Under the pieces are notes generated by a model that did no database searches, was not told where the DNA came from, and worked only from the letters and a program-made list of their open reading frames with translations. Source: Octopus vulgaris (taxonomy: Eukaryota). From it: a stretch of 64,000 nt of DNA. Location of the stretch: NCBI GenBank assembly GCA_951406725.2, contig OX597816.1, positions 174,468,001 through 174,532,000 on the forward strand. The letters are read 5' to 3'. Shown one piece after another: positions 12,954-26,248 of the stretch; position 1 is the first letter of the stretch, and each line of letters starts with the position of its first letter. A program made the position numbers and the translations under genes.

Positions 12954-15130
12954 TGTTGTGATGAAAGTTATGACACCCCTTTGCAAGAGATAGACTGGTT
13001 CAGAGTTCAGAGTTCAAGGTTCAGAGTTCAGAGTCAACTGAAGTTCATGTTAGTTCACAATGAAGTCATAAGGTGTCAGCTGGTTAGTTCACAAGGAATA
13101 TTGATTGTTGGTTCATAAAGAGATTTGTTAGTTTGTTACATTGTTTTTACTGTTGTCTGGTTATCTTATTTATTGTACATAGCAAATCACATTACATCTG
13201 GTGATGAGGGTTTCAAAGCTCACATAGGTTATTTGACAATTTGTTTATGATACAACTTGTTAAATAATGAAAGACCTATTAGCTTCACAACAAGAGAAGC
13301 AACTATTAAAGCAACAACAATTATTGGAGCTACATTCACAGAAGTCCAAAAATGATGTAAGTTGATTTTTGCCAGATGGTGTTTCACACTCAATTAATGA
13401 ATTCAGTTATAACTTAGATGAAGGTATAACTTTTGCATCATACTACAGAAGGTACAAAGAGATTTTTAAGCAAACAATGGTTGGACCTCCCTATAAATCT
13501 CTATTGTAAAAAAGTAAATGGTTGTCCCTCTAAAAATAATTCATCTGAAGAGTTAAAGAGAAAGTTTTTTTAAATGTTTCCGCAAATACTCTCAGACAAA
13601 GTAGGTCTATGCACAAAGACTGAAATGCGTTTTGAATTAGATTATAACATTACACCTGTGGTGTTCAAGCCTAATTAAGAAAGTGCCTTTTTTGGCAAGC
13701 AAGTGGACGATGAGTTGGACAGATGGAAAAAAATGGAATCATTGAAAAAGTGGATTATGCGAAATTGGCAGCTCTGACTATCTGTATGAAAAAGAAAAAT
13801 AACAAAATTAGGTTGTGTGCTGATTTTTTGACCAGTTTAAATGACTGTTCAAACATGAACCATTATCCACTACTGACTCCAGAAGATATTTTTACAAAAC
13901 TAAATGGAGAAAAAACATTTTCAAAACTCAATCTGTCTGATGCATATCTACAAATCAAAATAGATAAAAAATGCTCAAAGCTGTAAATGGTCAACATATG
14001 CACAGAGGTCTATACAAATACAATAAACTACTTTTTGGACTGAAGGTAGCATCTGCAATATTTCAACAGGTGATGGATGCAGCGTTGGCAGACTGTCAAT
14101 TTGCTACTCCTTACCTTGATGATGTATTAATCAAAAGCAAATCACGGAATAAGCATATTGAACATGTGAAGTGTGTCTTTAAAAAAATTAAGGATTACAG
14201 TTTCACATTTAGTGAAGAGAAATGTGAAATTTTTTACCTAAAATTAAATACCTAGGTCAAACCATAGATAAGAATGAAAGATGTCCTGACCTGTTGAGAG
14301 CAGATGCAATCAAGAATATGCCTCCTCCAATGACTATACCGACATTACAAGCTTTTCTTGGCCTAGCAAATTATTATCAACAGTACATTCCAAATATACG
14401 ATTTACAAAAAAAAAAAAGTAAAATGGAATTGGTCAGTAAAGGACCAAAACACATTTGAAGACATAAAGAAAATACTAATTTCTGACTTGTCACTGGTGC
14501 ATTTCAATCATAGAATGGACATTGTTGTAATGTCTGTTGTTTCGGAGTATGGAATAGGAGCAGTCTTGCTACACAAGCATAAAGATGGAAATACGAAGCC
14601 AGAAGTTCATGCTTCACATTTGTTGATAGCAGCGGCAACAAGTATTGTCAGATAGAGAAGGAGGCTCTATCGATTATTTTTACAGTAAAAAAATTTTACA
14701 AATTTCTGCATAGTAGAATTTTTTTGTTACAAACCGACCATTACTATCAATTTTTGGATCAAAGAAGGGATTGCCTACTCATTGAACAAACTGACAACAA
14801 TGCTGGGGTAGAGTATTACTGAACTACAATTTTAAGATGCAGTATATTCCGTTGAATTAAATTGATCATGGAGACTGCTTATCAAGGCTAATTCCCGAGA
14901 GTGTGGAACCACTAGAAGAGACTGTGATAGCTCCATTGCAGTCAGAAAATGAAGTAAGAAGTATTGAGTGTAATATAATTCAGAAACTGCCGGTGACAGT
15001 GCATGATATAAAAAGGAAATCTGTAGAGAATAGTTACATTACAAGAATGAAAGAAACATTGAAAAAAAAGCATAATAAACATACAAATTCAAATAATTTC
15101 TCACTATGTAACAAGTATTGCAACAAACAT
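12954..15130 (+). mobile_element. Gypsy (Mag-like) LTR retrotransposon remnant: 5' LTR 12954-13196, PBS 13199-13209, deleted gag-pol
   Basis: TG...CA LTR followed by TGGTGATGAGG. Gag FSYNLDEGITFASYYRRY; RT IRLCADF, FSKLNLSDAYLQI, PYLDD; RNase H YGIGAVL and QIEKEAL. Confidence 0.8.
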
Positions 15131-15187
15131 TAAGGCAAGGTAAGCATCACAAGCCGTATATAATATTATTATCAGAAAAAATTGAAA

Positions 15188-15243
15188 ATCTTACAGCTGT
15201 TTCTGGGATATCCCCGAGGATGGGATATTCCATCATCAGAGAC
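15188..15243 (-). ncRNA. Minimal type-I hammerhead ribozyme motif (family A)
   Basis: Minus strand: GTCT-CTGATGA-TGGAATATCCC...GGGATATCCCA-GAA-ACAGCTGT-A-AGAT. Intact core, paired stem II, palindromic stem III. Confidence 0.7.
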
Positions 15244-15261
15244 AAATGGGGAAAATGAGAA

Positions 15262-15470
15262 TCTCTTATGATAAAAGGCAGATTTTCTCTGCCTGTTCCC
15301 ATGTTTCTTTTTAATACAATTCTATAATATAGAATTTCTTCAATTGGAATTTACCTATGATTTTTCCAAGTAGATTCGATTGGGTCATGGCATGTAAAGT
15401 TTTTTTCAATTTGACTCCCAATTAAGCAAAAATTCGAGAAAACTCAATATTTTACAATTTGCCTCTCTCA
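15262..15470 (+). mobile_element. Helitron-like 5' end (second family; related minus copy at ~37200-37380)
   Basis: ATCTCTTATGATAAAAGGCAGATTTT matches ATCTCTTATTATAAAAGGCAGATTTT at ~37380 minus. The 3' end was not located. Confidence 0.45.
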
Positions 15471-16307
15471 TTTCAAGTGGTTTTCTCCTGCTATTACCAC
15501 CACACTTTCTCCTACTTTGTCTCTTTGCAAGTGTGAAACTATTAAAGTGAAAGTATTATATAACAGGGATGAGCCATTAATAGTGGTCATCCTTTTTGCT
15601 AGAGGAAGATCCGCTATGGTCTTATATGCTACACCACTGGTTTTCAATTCATATTAATCAAATTAATATTCAATTTTTCACCCTTATTATGTGTGTGTGT
15701 ATTAGCAATTCGTATAAAATTGCATCAATGACTTGAACTTGAATAAGTGGTTTCACATAAATGGGGATAAATTAAAAAGGTTTGTTGTTATTATTATTAC
15801 TGTTTGACTATTGTAATCACGTTTATTGGTTCCTCGTCAGGGAAACGTTGTTGTGTTGCATTTGTTAAATAATTGTAAACTGTAACCCTCCCCCTTTCAA
15901 AGAAGAGTCTTTGGTTATTGTTTAAAAATTGAATTGTGTCCCTGTTTGGGGAAATTGACAATATTTTCACCGTCTTTACGGAAGCATTTTTGTTAAAATG
16001 CCTTCGATAGAAGAAAGTCCAAAAATGAATTTCGCTGCAGCCATACACTTCTATACAAGAGGGGGGACAAGATCCAATTGATCGAAATTGCAAGAGATGG
16101 GCCTACAATTTCAGTCTGTTATATATTTTGAGTATTGTTATCACTAGCGATATCAAGATATAACTTTGTATTTTGTATTTTATGTGTAGATGTATATATA
16201 TAGATGTACATGTAATATGTACACATATATATACACATATATACATGCATAATATATCTACCCATACACACATACGCACACACACACACACACACACACA
16301 TACATAG

Positions 16308-16441
16308 GGGCAGGTGTGGCTGTGTGGTAACAAACTACGTTCCAAACACATGGTCCTGGGTTCAGTCCCACTGTGTGGTGACTTGGCATGTGTCTTCTCT
16401 GCTGTAGCTTCAGACCAACAAAAGCCTTCTCAGTGGATTTT
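16308..16441 (+). mobile_element. SINE family B head (tRNA-like part only)
   Basis: Matches the 5' part of the full copy at 43225. Confidence 0.7.
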
Positions 16442-16758
16442 GTACATATATACAGGCATACATACATATATATACATGCATACGTACATATTCGGCATAA
16501 ACACTCCACGACTATCAAATTCTTACAATTATGAGAACAATAACATGGCTCTTTTCAAGGCAACCTCACATTCAATTCTTACACCATTCTACGAGGGGGT
16601 AGGAACCCCTTTACACGGCTTTCTATACACTTACAAATACATTCATTCGCCGTAAACTTATATCAATATTTGCCTGAATAATCATCATAATTCAGTGCAA
16701 TCATTAACAGTACTTTCAAGCAATTCAGCCCCGAGCATCGCCGGGCAATTCTGCTAGT

Positions 16759-17242
16759 GGTATATAAATGATATGACAACATACAGGAAGGGAGTAAAAG
16801 AATAAGGAGATGGAAAGAGAGAAGGAAAAAGAAGCATAAAAGTTCATAGTCCAACTTTCCAAAGTTATAGAAACAAGAGCATGAGTCCTTAGGTGCAATC
16901 CTGCATAAGACTTACACTCATGGATCTACGCAGGGTTGCACCTAAGGACTCATGCTCTTGTTTCTATAACTTTGGAAAGTTGGACTATGAACTTTTATGC
17001 TTCTTTTTTCTTCTCTCTTTCCATCTCCTTATTCTTTTACTCCTTCCTCTATGTTGTCATCTTATTGGTATATACCATTCTCATTTTCCCTATTGTTTCC
17101 CTATTTGTCTCTGATGACGGAATATCCCATACTTGGGGATATCCCAGAAACAGCTGTAAGATTTTCCATTTTTTCCAATAATAATATTGTATATGACTTG
17201 AGATGCTTGCCTTGCCTTAACGTTTGCTGTCCTGTTTAACAG
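16759..17242 (+). mobile_element. Penelope-pLTR-like unit: ~320-bp foldback (16759-17077), then a hammerhead, then (TA)n
   Basis: Arms of ~145 bp are reverse complements around a ~17-nt loop. Hammerhead at 17107-17162; (TA)n from 17244. Confidence 0.7.
17107..17162 (+). ncRNA. Minimal type-I hammerhead ribozyme motif (family A)
   Basis: GTCT-CTGATGA-CGGAATATCCC...GGGATATCCCA-GAA-ACAGCTGT-A-AGAT. Confidence 0.65.
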
Positions 17243-17356
17243 TTATATATATATATATATATATATATCAATAATAATAGTGATTGTTTCTTGTCAGGAA
17301 CAAAATGTTTAATAGGACTGCTATAGAAGTGCTCAAGTAAATGAGACGAGTATAAC

Positions 17357-17978
17357 AAACTTTGGTCGTAGAACAAACAACAGATATAAGGTCATCCACC
17401 TAACATATCACATCTCGAATATTTAATCACAGAATGCTTTTTCTTACATATAGAACACAGATGCATAAAATCACAGGAGATGAAACATAATTCATTTAGA
17501 CAAGCATATAAGAGAAATGTGTGAGTACAGTCTATTGCGATTAAAAATAATAGTTAATACTTTAGCGACTAAAAAAAAGAAAGAAAATTTTTTTAAACAT
17601 TAAAACATCTAGGATAATAAATATATAAAAATATAAAAATACATATATATAGGAAACATATAAGTAGATAATATATAAGATAAGATAAAAGTTCATTGAT
17701 TAGAAATATTTTCAATTAAAAATTACTTTTTAAGATAAGGGGAAATGTTTATAATGTTTAAAAAAAGTTTTTTTCTTTTTTTTTTAGTTGCTAAAGTATT
17801 AATTATTAATTTTTAATCACGATAGACTATACTCACACATTTTTCTTATATGCTTGTCTAAATGAGTTATGCATCTGTGTTCTATATGTAAGAAAAAGCA
17901 TTATGTGATAAAATGTTCGAGATGTGATATGTTAGGTGGATGACCTTATATTTGTTGTTTGTTCTATGACCAAAGTTT
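17357..17978. repeat. Diverged inverted repeat (foldback) with ~250-bp arms
   Basis: AAACTTTGGTCGTAGAACAAACAACAGATATAAGGTCATCCACC is mirrored by GGTGGATGACCTTATATTTGTTGTTTGTTCTATGACCAAAGTTT, with an AT-rich spacer. Confidence 0.85.
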
Positions 17979-17989
17979 ACTATATATAT

Positions 17990-20463
17990 ATGATAACTGG
18001 AGGTTTCTATGGGACAATCTGCTGAGAGCCACTGACCAGATCTGTGGATGGAGCAAAGTCCCATCTCAACCCAAGGTAATGTGGTGGTGGAACAATGTGG
18101 TTGACAGGGCTGTTAGACAAAAGAAACAGGCTTGGAGGGACTGGAAGAACGGAAGTAGCAGGGAATTGTATCAGACTGCCAGAAGGGAAGCTAGGAGACA
18201 GGTTTATTTAGTCAGAGGGGAAGCAGATAAGAAAAAATTTGCCAACGTTCTGTGCCGTGAGGACCAAAGACTTGAAGTATTTCGTGTTGCAAGACAGTGC
18301 GTGAGAGAGAATCGTGATGTTGTAGGAGAGAAATGTGTCCGTATGGATGATGGTTCACTTGCACTAAATGAGGCTGCAAAGAGAGAGGTTTGGAGATGCC
18401 ACTATACAATGTTGCTCAATAAAGAGAATGAAAGGGAGAAAGAGAGTCAACCCAACAGAGTTAAAGCAATCAAGAGTATGAAGGCAGGGAAAGCCCCAGG
18501 CCCATCAGGAATCACTGCAGAGATGCTCAAAATATCTGGCAGTGTTGGCTATAGCCTACTCACCCATATAGTTAACCAGGTGATATATGAAGGAGTCATA
18601 CCCAATGACTGGTGTAGCAGCTACAAAAGTAAAGGTGACACCCTAGATACAAATAATTACAGAGGTATCAAGTTGTTGGATCAAGTAATGAATGTCACAG
18701 AGAAGGTCATAGCCCAACTGATTAGAGAGAGAGTCAACCTAGATGAGATGCAGTTTGGGTTCGTGCCAGGGAAAAGTACCACTGATGCTATATTTCTGGT
18801 AAGACAGCTGCAGGAGAAATACCTAGCCAAAGATAAGCCCCTGTACCTGGCTTTCGTTGACATGGAGAAAGCCTTCGACAGGGTCCCCCGATCCCTTATC
18901 TGGTGGTCAATGAGGAAACTAGGGATAGATGAATGGTTAGTAAGAGCTGTGCGAGCCATGTACAGGGACGCTGTTAGTAAGGTGAGGGTTGGCAACAAGT
19001 ACAGTGAAGAATTCCGGGTAGAGGTAGGGGCCCACCAAGGTTCAGTCCTCATCCCCCTCCTATTTATCATAGTCCTCCAGGCAATAACGGAGGAATTCAA
19101 GACAGGATGCCCTTGGGAGCTCCTCTATGCTGATGACCTTGCTCTAATTGCTGATAGTGATCAGAACTGGAGGAGAAGTTTCAGGTGTGGAAGCCAGGAT
19201 TAGAATCGAAGGGCCTTAGAGTCAACCTAGCTAAAACCAAAGTCCTAATAAGTAGGAAGGTAGACAAATCACAAATCCCTTCAGGTAGATGGCCCTGCTC
19301 GATCTGTATAAAAGGCGTGGGTAGTAACTCTATAAGATGCACCAAGTGTAAGCTATGGACACATAAGAGGTACAGCAATATCAAAGGAAGGCTAACTAGG
19401 AAGATAGTCTTTGTATGTGGCAGATGCTCAGTAGCAATAAACACTGAAAATGTGCAGAGACCAACTTTCGGCACATTCCAGGGAGACAAACTAGAAGTAG
19501 TTGAGAGCTTCCGTTACCTAGGTGACCAAGTCAGTAGCGGGATAGGGTGTGCTGAAAGTGTAACTGCTAGAGTAAGAATAGCCTGGGCAAAGTTCAGAGA
19601 GCTCTTACCTCTGCTGGTGACTAAAGGCCTCTAGCTCAGAGTAAAAGGCAGACTGTATGACGCATGTGTACAAACAGCCATGCTACATGGCAGTGAAACA
19701 TGGGCTGTGACTGCTGAGGATATGTGTAAGCTCGCAAGAAATGAAGCCAGTATGCTCTGATGGATGTGTAATGTCAGTGTTCATACTCGACAGAGTGTAA
19801 GTATCTTGAGAGAAAAGTTGAACCTAAGAAGCATCAGTTGTGGTGTGCAAGAGAGACATTTGCGCTGGTAAGGTCATGTGACGAAAATGGATGAAGATAG
19901 TTGTGTGAAAAAGTGCCACACCCTAGCGGTTGAGGGAACCTGTGGAAGAGGTAGACCCAGGAAAACCTGGGACGAGGTGGTGAAGCACAACCTTCGAACT
20001 TTAGGTCTCACCGAGGAAATGACTAGTGACTGAGACCTTTGAAAGTATGCTGTGTGTGAGAAGACCTGGCAGGACAAGTGAGACCATAACCCGTGGCCTC
20101 TACCTGGGTTGTAGTCAGTCCACTTATGCATACCTTTCCTTCTTGGGACACAAAACTCTACTTGCGAAGACCTGTTGAGGCAAGGGAAATTGAAATCGAT
20201 TAAAATCAATGGAAATTGTAGCTGAGAAACCAGTGCTGGTGGCACGTAAGAGAACCATCCGAACGTGGCCGTTGCCAGTACCACCCCGACTGGCCTCCGT
20301 GCTGGTGGCATGTAAAAAGCACCATCCAATCATGGCCGTTTGCCAGCCTCGTCTGGCACCTGTGCCAGTGGCATGTAAAAAGCACCCACTACACTCACGG
20401 AGTGGCTGGTGTTAGGAAGGGCATCCAGCCGTAGAAACATTGCCAGATCATGATGATGATGAT
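17990..20463 (+). mobile_element. RTE-clade LINE, 5'-truncated, RT nearly intact, with a PHD-like zinc finger and (GAT)n tail
   Basis: 414-aa ORF with GKAPGPSG, NYRGIKLL, QFGF, FVDMEKAFDRV, GAHQG and LLYADDL. Next frame has CSIC...CTKC...H...CGRC and FRYLG. 3' UTR carries GTGCTGGTGGCAC-type repeats. Confidence 0.9.
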
Positions 20464-20474
20464 ATAGTTGAAAT

Positions 20475-20705
20475 TTATAGAAAAATAAAAGACGAAGACA
20501 GGTGTATGAACAAGAAGGTGTATTGGTTTGCCACTCGGGAAACTGAAAAATGAAAAAGTCTTTGACATTTTGAGCCTATGCTCTTCAACAGAAAAGAATA
20601 AGAGAAAATAAACAGAGAGAGAATAAAAAAACCTGTGGATTTAGCAGTCAAGCATGGCGACTGATTATAAGAAAAGTTTGAAAGGAGGGGCTGGAAGAAA
20701 GGGAA
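20475..20705 (-). mobile_element. Short PLE-like repeat with a decayed hammerhead-like motif (family E; second copy at ~30025-30300)
   Basis: Shared sequence with ~30040-30210. Minus-strand motif CTGTTGA-A-GAGC-ATAG-GCTC-AAA-ATGT-C-AAAG at 20560-20595. Confidence 0.5.
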
Positions 20706-21061
20706 ATATATACACTCACACACACACACACACACACACATACACATACACATGCTCATACACACACACACATCATCATCATCATCATTGTCATCAGTTT
20801 AAAGTTCATTTATCTAAGCTTCTCGTGAGTCAAACAATTAATTGAGACAGATTTTCAATGACTGGATACACTTCTAGTCACCAATCTTCACCTTTTTTTC
20901 AAGCGAGGTAAAATTTCCTAGCATACAGAGCACAAATAGATTGAACATAGTTACACAATGAATTGGAAACAGACAACTCCATCTGAATGAAGCTAACAAA
21001 TGTCAAAATATGTTAAGAAGCCCAGACATGCTTTTATAGTCGACTACAAGCAAAGTGCACT

Positions 21062-21546
21062 ACATGCATAAGATCTGGTCATCAAATCTAAGTAGAGATT
21101 TCAAACTTGAAATCTTCAAAGCCACAGTCGAACCAATTCTACTATATGGCTCAGAAACCTGGACGTTATCAAAGAAACTTGAGAGGCGGTTGGATGGAAC
21201 CTACACTCGCCTCCTTATGAGAGCTCAAAATCTCTCGTGGAAGCGCCATCCAACCAAAATGCAAATATATGGGAAACTATCACCTGTGTCATCTCTTGTG
21301 AAAGGTAGGAGAGTCCAGTTTGCTGGACATTGTCGTAGAGCTGGAAACGGGGCAATTTCTACTCTTCTCCTCTGGAAGCCATCTACTCGCAATACCAGAG
21401 GGCGCACACTCTCCTACCCTGATGTAATCTCCAGGGATACAGGCATCCAGCAACAGGACCTCCGTAATGCCATGATGGACCGTGAAGTCTGGCGTAGCAT
21501 GGTAAATTCCATTGTCTCGACCACGGTCGAACAATTATGATGATGA
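21062..21546 (+). mobile_element. RTE-clade LINE 3' fragment (second family)
   Basis: LLYGSETWTL...RRVQFAGHC...MMDREVWR, followed by a (TGA)n tail. Confidence 0.9.
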
Positions 21547-22146
21547 AGGATTTGTGAAACTGTTGCTTACAGTCAGCAAACACATGTGAAGATGAAGTGG
21601 ACAATGAACTAATTACATAAATACACACACATCTACATAACAACCAGCTTCTTCATTTTCTGTTTATCAATTTCCTCACAAGGTATTGATTAACGCAAGA
21701 CTATGCAAAAATGCTTCTTCAAGGTTCTACTTTGTGGGATTCAATCTGAAACCAAATGATTGTGGAGCAAACCTCTTAACCACTCAGCTACAGCCATGCC
21801 ATTAGATGTTGTATTATATTCTGAATTCAAATGCTACCGAAAGACATTCATCTTCTTTCCAATGTATGTCTACACCAATGTTGGAAATCTAGAACATTTT
21901 GTTTTATTTTGTTTTGTTTTTGTACTAAATCATTATTTTATTTGGTGGAATTATTATTTTGGCAGGATTCAATTCTGTCTCGGATCTTTCCAGAATCAAT
22001 AAATTTAGATACCAGTCAAGTATTGCTAAGGAAACATCTGTTGCTAGACTCATCCATATAATCACATTTGATGTGTTGCTAGGGCCATTAGCTGTTCTTT
22101 TCCTGTGTAAGATACTTATTCTGTTGCTAGAAACAATATTTGTTAT

Positions 22147-22530
22147 GGGAAGCACTCCGTCGGTTACGACGACGAGGGTTCCGGTTGATCCGAATCAACG
22201 GAAGAGCCTGCTCATGAAATTAACGTGTAAGTGGCTGAGCACTCCACGGACACATGCACCCTTAACGTAGTTCTCAGGGATATTCAGCGTGACACAGAGA
22301 GTGACAAGGCCGGCCCTTTGAAATACAGGTACAACAGAAACAGGAAGTAAGAGTGAGAGAAAGTTGTGGTGAAAGAGTACAGCAGGGATCACCACCATCC
22401 CCTGCCGGAGCCTCATGGAGCTTTTAGGTGTTTTCGCTCAATAAACACTCACAACGCCCGGTCTGGGAATCGAAACCGCGATCCTATGACCGCGAGTCCG
22501 CTGCCCTAACCACTGGGCCATTGCGCCTCC
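22147..22530 (-). mobile_element. tRNA-derived SINE family A, full length, 14-bp TSD
   Basis: A box TGGCCCAGTGGTTAGG and B box GGTTTCGATTCCC. TSD ACAATATTTGTTAT at 22133 and 22531. Confidence 0.9.
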
Positions 22531-22900
22531 ACAATATTTGTTATATGACTAAGTAGACATGTGTTTCATATTACTGTCAGCTGTTACAGTTTCAGTGACA
22601 TTTTTATTGCTGCTTGAGTAATACAGTAATGTTGCTGTATAGAAGTTATAAACAGTGGGTATGAACAACATTTCTATTTATGGTAGATATCAGACTATTG
22701 CTAAGTAGGTTTTCTGTATTGTTAATATGGACATCATCATCATTTAATATTCAATTTTCCATGCTTGCATGAGGCAGATTTTCTACTGCTGGAGTCCTTC
22801 CTATCACCAACACTCGACAGTTTTCAGGCAAGATGATATTACCCAATAACCAGACACAGTTTTCATGGAAAACTGGGGTGAACATTGCTTATATAACTGA

Positions 22901-23203
22901 CTAGCAGTATCGCCCGGGTTGCTCGGGTTTGTAAGGGAAATAACTATATAAGCATTTTAGAGAGTTACTTCCCTTATATAAACCGAGCAAAAAAGGCATT
23001 AAAAAAACGAAAAAATGATGGTAAATTTTTTTTTAAATCGTAGACTCATTGTAGATGCGCGCTAATACCCAGAAGGGCTCGATATGAATCACGACTATAA
23101 GATACCCGCTTTTGGTTAAACTGCACCGCAAAATGTGGGAGTAGTTAGGAATCTAAATCGGAGGAGACAGACTCTCACATAACTTCAGTTTTATATATAA
23201 AGA
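22901..23203 (-). mobile_element. Non-autonomous Helitron H1, internally shorter variant
   Basis: A|TC...hairpin...CTAG|T termini. Confidence 0.85.
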
Positions 23204-23909
23204 TATGATGTGGCTCAGTTTCTTTCTAGGTGAGATGTGATGTGTCTATCATTGGTGTGTGTGAGAGAGTAAATGTATGTATATATGCATGCGTGTGTAT
23301 ATGCATGTATGCATGTGTTTTGTTATCTTTCTTTTATGAAGAATGGCTGGTTTCTAATTAAGAAACAAAGCTCAACTCCCAACAATAATAAAATTCACAT
23401 GCTGAATTTTAGCAAGTTCTTATATATTTGCATGCATGTTCTTTGTATATAGAACGTCCTTTTTGCTACATAATCAAAGAATTCATCTTGTATTTATTTT
23501 GCCAAAAGAATAGTAAAAATGTATATAAGTTTTTGATAAGTTTTAATGCAATAAATGAAAAATAAATCTATAAATGTAATTTATATAAAACATTATTTAG
23601 TGCATTGAAATAAGTATGCAAGTGATTAAAATATATCTTAAGATTCGTGCCTTTGAAAATTTTACTTTTAAAAAATTATTCATTGCTCATATGTTGTGAA
23701 TTGCCATGTGCAATGCAATGAATCACCCTAATGCATTTTTAGGGATATATACATCTTACTTTGAAAGCTTGTGTTTATTCAAGCAAACCAGCCAGCCTGC
23801 CAGCCAATATACATACATACATACATACATACATGCATACATACATGCCCACATACATACATGCATGTATGTACGCATGCATTCATGCTTACATACATAA
23901 ATACGTACA

Positions 23910-24303
23910 TCTTTATATATAAAAGTCAAGTTGTGTGTCTGTCTCCTACGATTTAGATTCCTAACTACTCCCACATTTTGCGGTGCAGTTTAACCAAAAC
24001 CGGGTATCTTATAGTCGTGATTCATATCGAGCCCTTCTGGGTATTAGCACGCGTCTACAATGAGTCTACGATTAAAAAAAAAATTTTTCCATCGTTTTTT
24101 CCCATTTTTAATGCATTTTTTGCTATTATATAAGGGAAGTAACTCTCTAAAAATTTATTATTAAATCTCAGAACGTAAAAAGCTACAGTAACACCCCCTT
24201 TGTGGTTAGCCATATTGAGATGGCTATTATACTTTACATCTCTAAAAATGCTTATATAGTTATTTCCCTTACAAACCCGAGCAACGCCAGGCGATACTGC
24301 TAG
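23910..24303 (+). mobile_element. Non-autonomous Helitron H1
   Basis: A|TCTTTATATATAAAAG...CCCGAGCAACGCCAGGCGATACTGCTAG|T. Confidence 0.9.
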
Positions 24304-25851
24304 TATATTATAAACTGATATACAATTGATTCTTAACTTTAAAAAGTTATAAACAATTCAAAATGTAAAAAAAAAATACTTTTTAATATACTCTGGAGAA
24401 TTATAATATCTGTATTATATTACTTATCTTTTTTTATCGCTTAGTTTCTTACACATGAAGTGTGTAACAAATGTAAAGTCAATAGTTTGGAATAGAAAAA
24501 AATATTGTACTCTCAGAATCTCGTTCTTCACTTGGCATAAAATTGAATACAAAATATAGTTTTGCTCTCGTAACAATCAAGAAAAAAATCAAGAAAAAAA
24601 GTATAAATGTAATAAAAAATTATATGAAATGTTAATATTTTAAAATCTTATAACAATTCCATATTTATGTAAGACAAAATATAGAATATATGGAAAAAAT
24701 ATCAGTATCAAGTGTCAAACAACAAAAAAAAAATCTATTCTGCTAGAGGCTTTGAAAAATGTCTCATGCTACAAGCATTACCCACCAAATTTCTTATTTC
24801 ACCCCATAGGAGGTCATTCAATCTCATTCCCTAACCCCTATAAACAGATGAATGTTTCAGCAAATTGTATAACCTAGTTCAACTTCTCTCACAGGTGAAG
24901 CTAGAGTTATGTTAAATCCCACTGGTCTCATGTGTAAGTTAGTTTGGACCAATTTCCTATTAAAGGATGCTCCTTGTCATAGAATGGCAAGTAATTGGTG
25001 TCATCATCTGACAACAGACACAATCTGACACAGTTTATTGTTGTAGACCCAGACATGTGTTCAAAAAGCAAAAACAATGACAATTTTTTCTAAATGCATA
25101 ATGGGTTTTTGTTTGTTTTGTTTTTTGTTTTTCTTTTTAAATACATATATGCATTCATGTCCATGTTTGCTCACATGTTTATCTGTCTGTGATGTATTAA
25201 AGTAGTATTGGTAATACTAATAATCTAACCCGGCAACTGGGTTGTGTTAATTATACTCAGTAAGGTAGAACCCTTTTAATTTTTCTTAGCTTTTATGGCA
25301 GCTATCAGTGGTTTGAGAAACAATGGCTGATATGGGAACAGACAATTATTGTTGTTTATGTGAACATTTTTACCCTATGTTAATTCTTTTAGAGTCCATA
25401 TGAGCTGGCAGCACAGTCTGAGAGCTACTGCTATGTGTGTGTAAAGTAAATACTGAGATATATATCAACATCATCTTCATCATCATTTAACATCCATTTT
25501 CCAATCTTGCATGGATTGGATGGTTTAACAGGAACTGGCAAACAAAAAGACTACACCAAGCTCTGCTGTCTGCTTTGGTATGGTTTCTACCACTGGATAC
25601 CCTTCCTAAAACTAACTACTTTATAGAGTATACTGGGTGCTTTTTACATGGTATCAACAGCAATGAGGCCACCAAGTAACTTGCAAGACAAGACCCCTCA
25701 ACTAAAGTGAGGAGTAATATTGATTAACAGAAAATAGTGTCCTGCATTAGAAGGGAAACATGTCTACTTCAGGTGAAAAGGGAGAGGAGAGAAGAAAGAT
25801 AAAGGAAGATGAAGAGGAGAGAACGGCGACGACGACGACGCACAAATATAT

Positions 25852-26130
25852 GTGGATTTGGTAGATGGAAACTGAAAGAAGCCCATCGTATATATGTGTA
25901 TATATATATGTGTGTGCATGTGTGTTTGTATGTCTGCGTTTGTCCCCCCAACATCGCTTGACAACCGATATCGGTGTGTTTATGTCACCCGTCACTTAGC
26001 GGTTCGGCAAAAGAGACCGATAGAATAAGTACTGAGCTTACAAAGAATAAGTCCTGGGGTCGAGTTGCTCGATTAAAGGCGGTGCTTCAGCATGGCCACT
26101 GTCAAATGACTGAAACAAGTAAAAGAGTAA
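25852..26130 (+). mobile_element. SINE family B, 5'-truncated
   Basis: Matches ~43349-43620. Confidence 0.85.
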
Positions 26131-26248
26131 ACCACAATCCGATGCTTTCCTATTATTTTACTTTGATGTCGTCCACATGCCTATTTCATCTGCTACATCA
26201 ATAACATCTTTTGCTGCACCATCCTGCTACAAATATTAAAAGTATTAA

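Noticed and set aside
24895-24933. 39-nt micro-exon (CACAG|...|GTAAGT)
   Set aside because: Splice-like signals of this quality arise by chance in 64 kb, and there is no supporting neighbour or homology.
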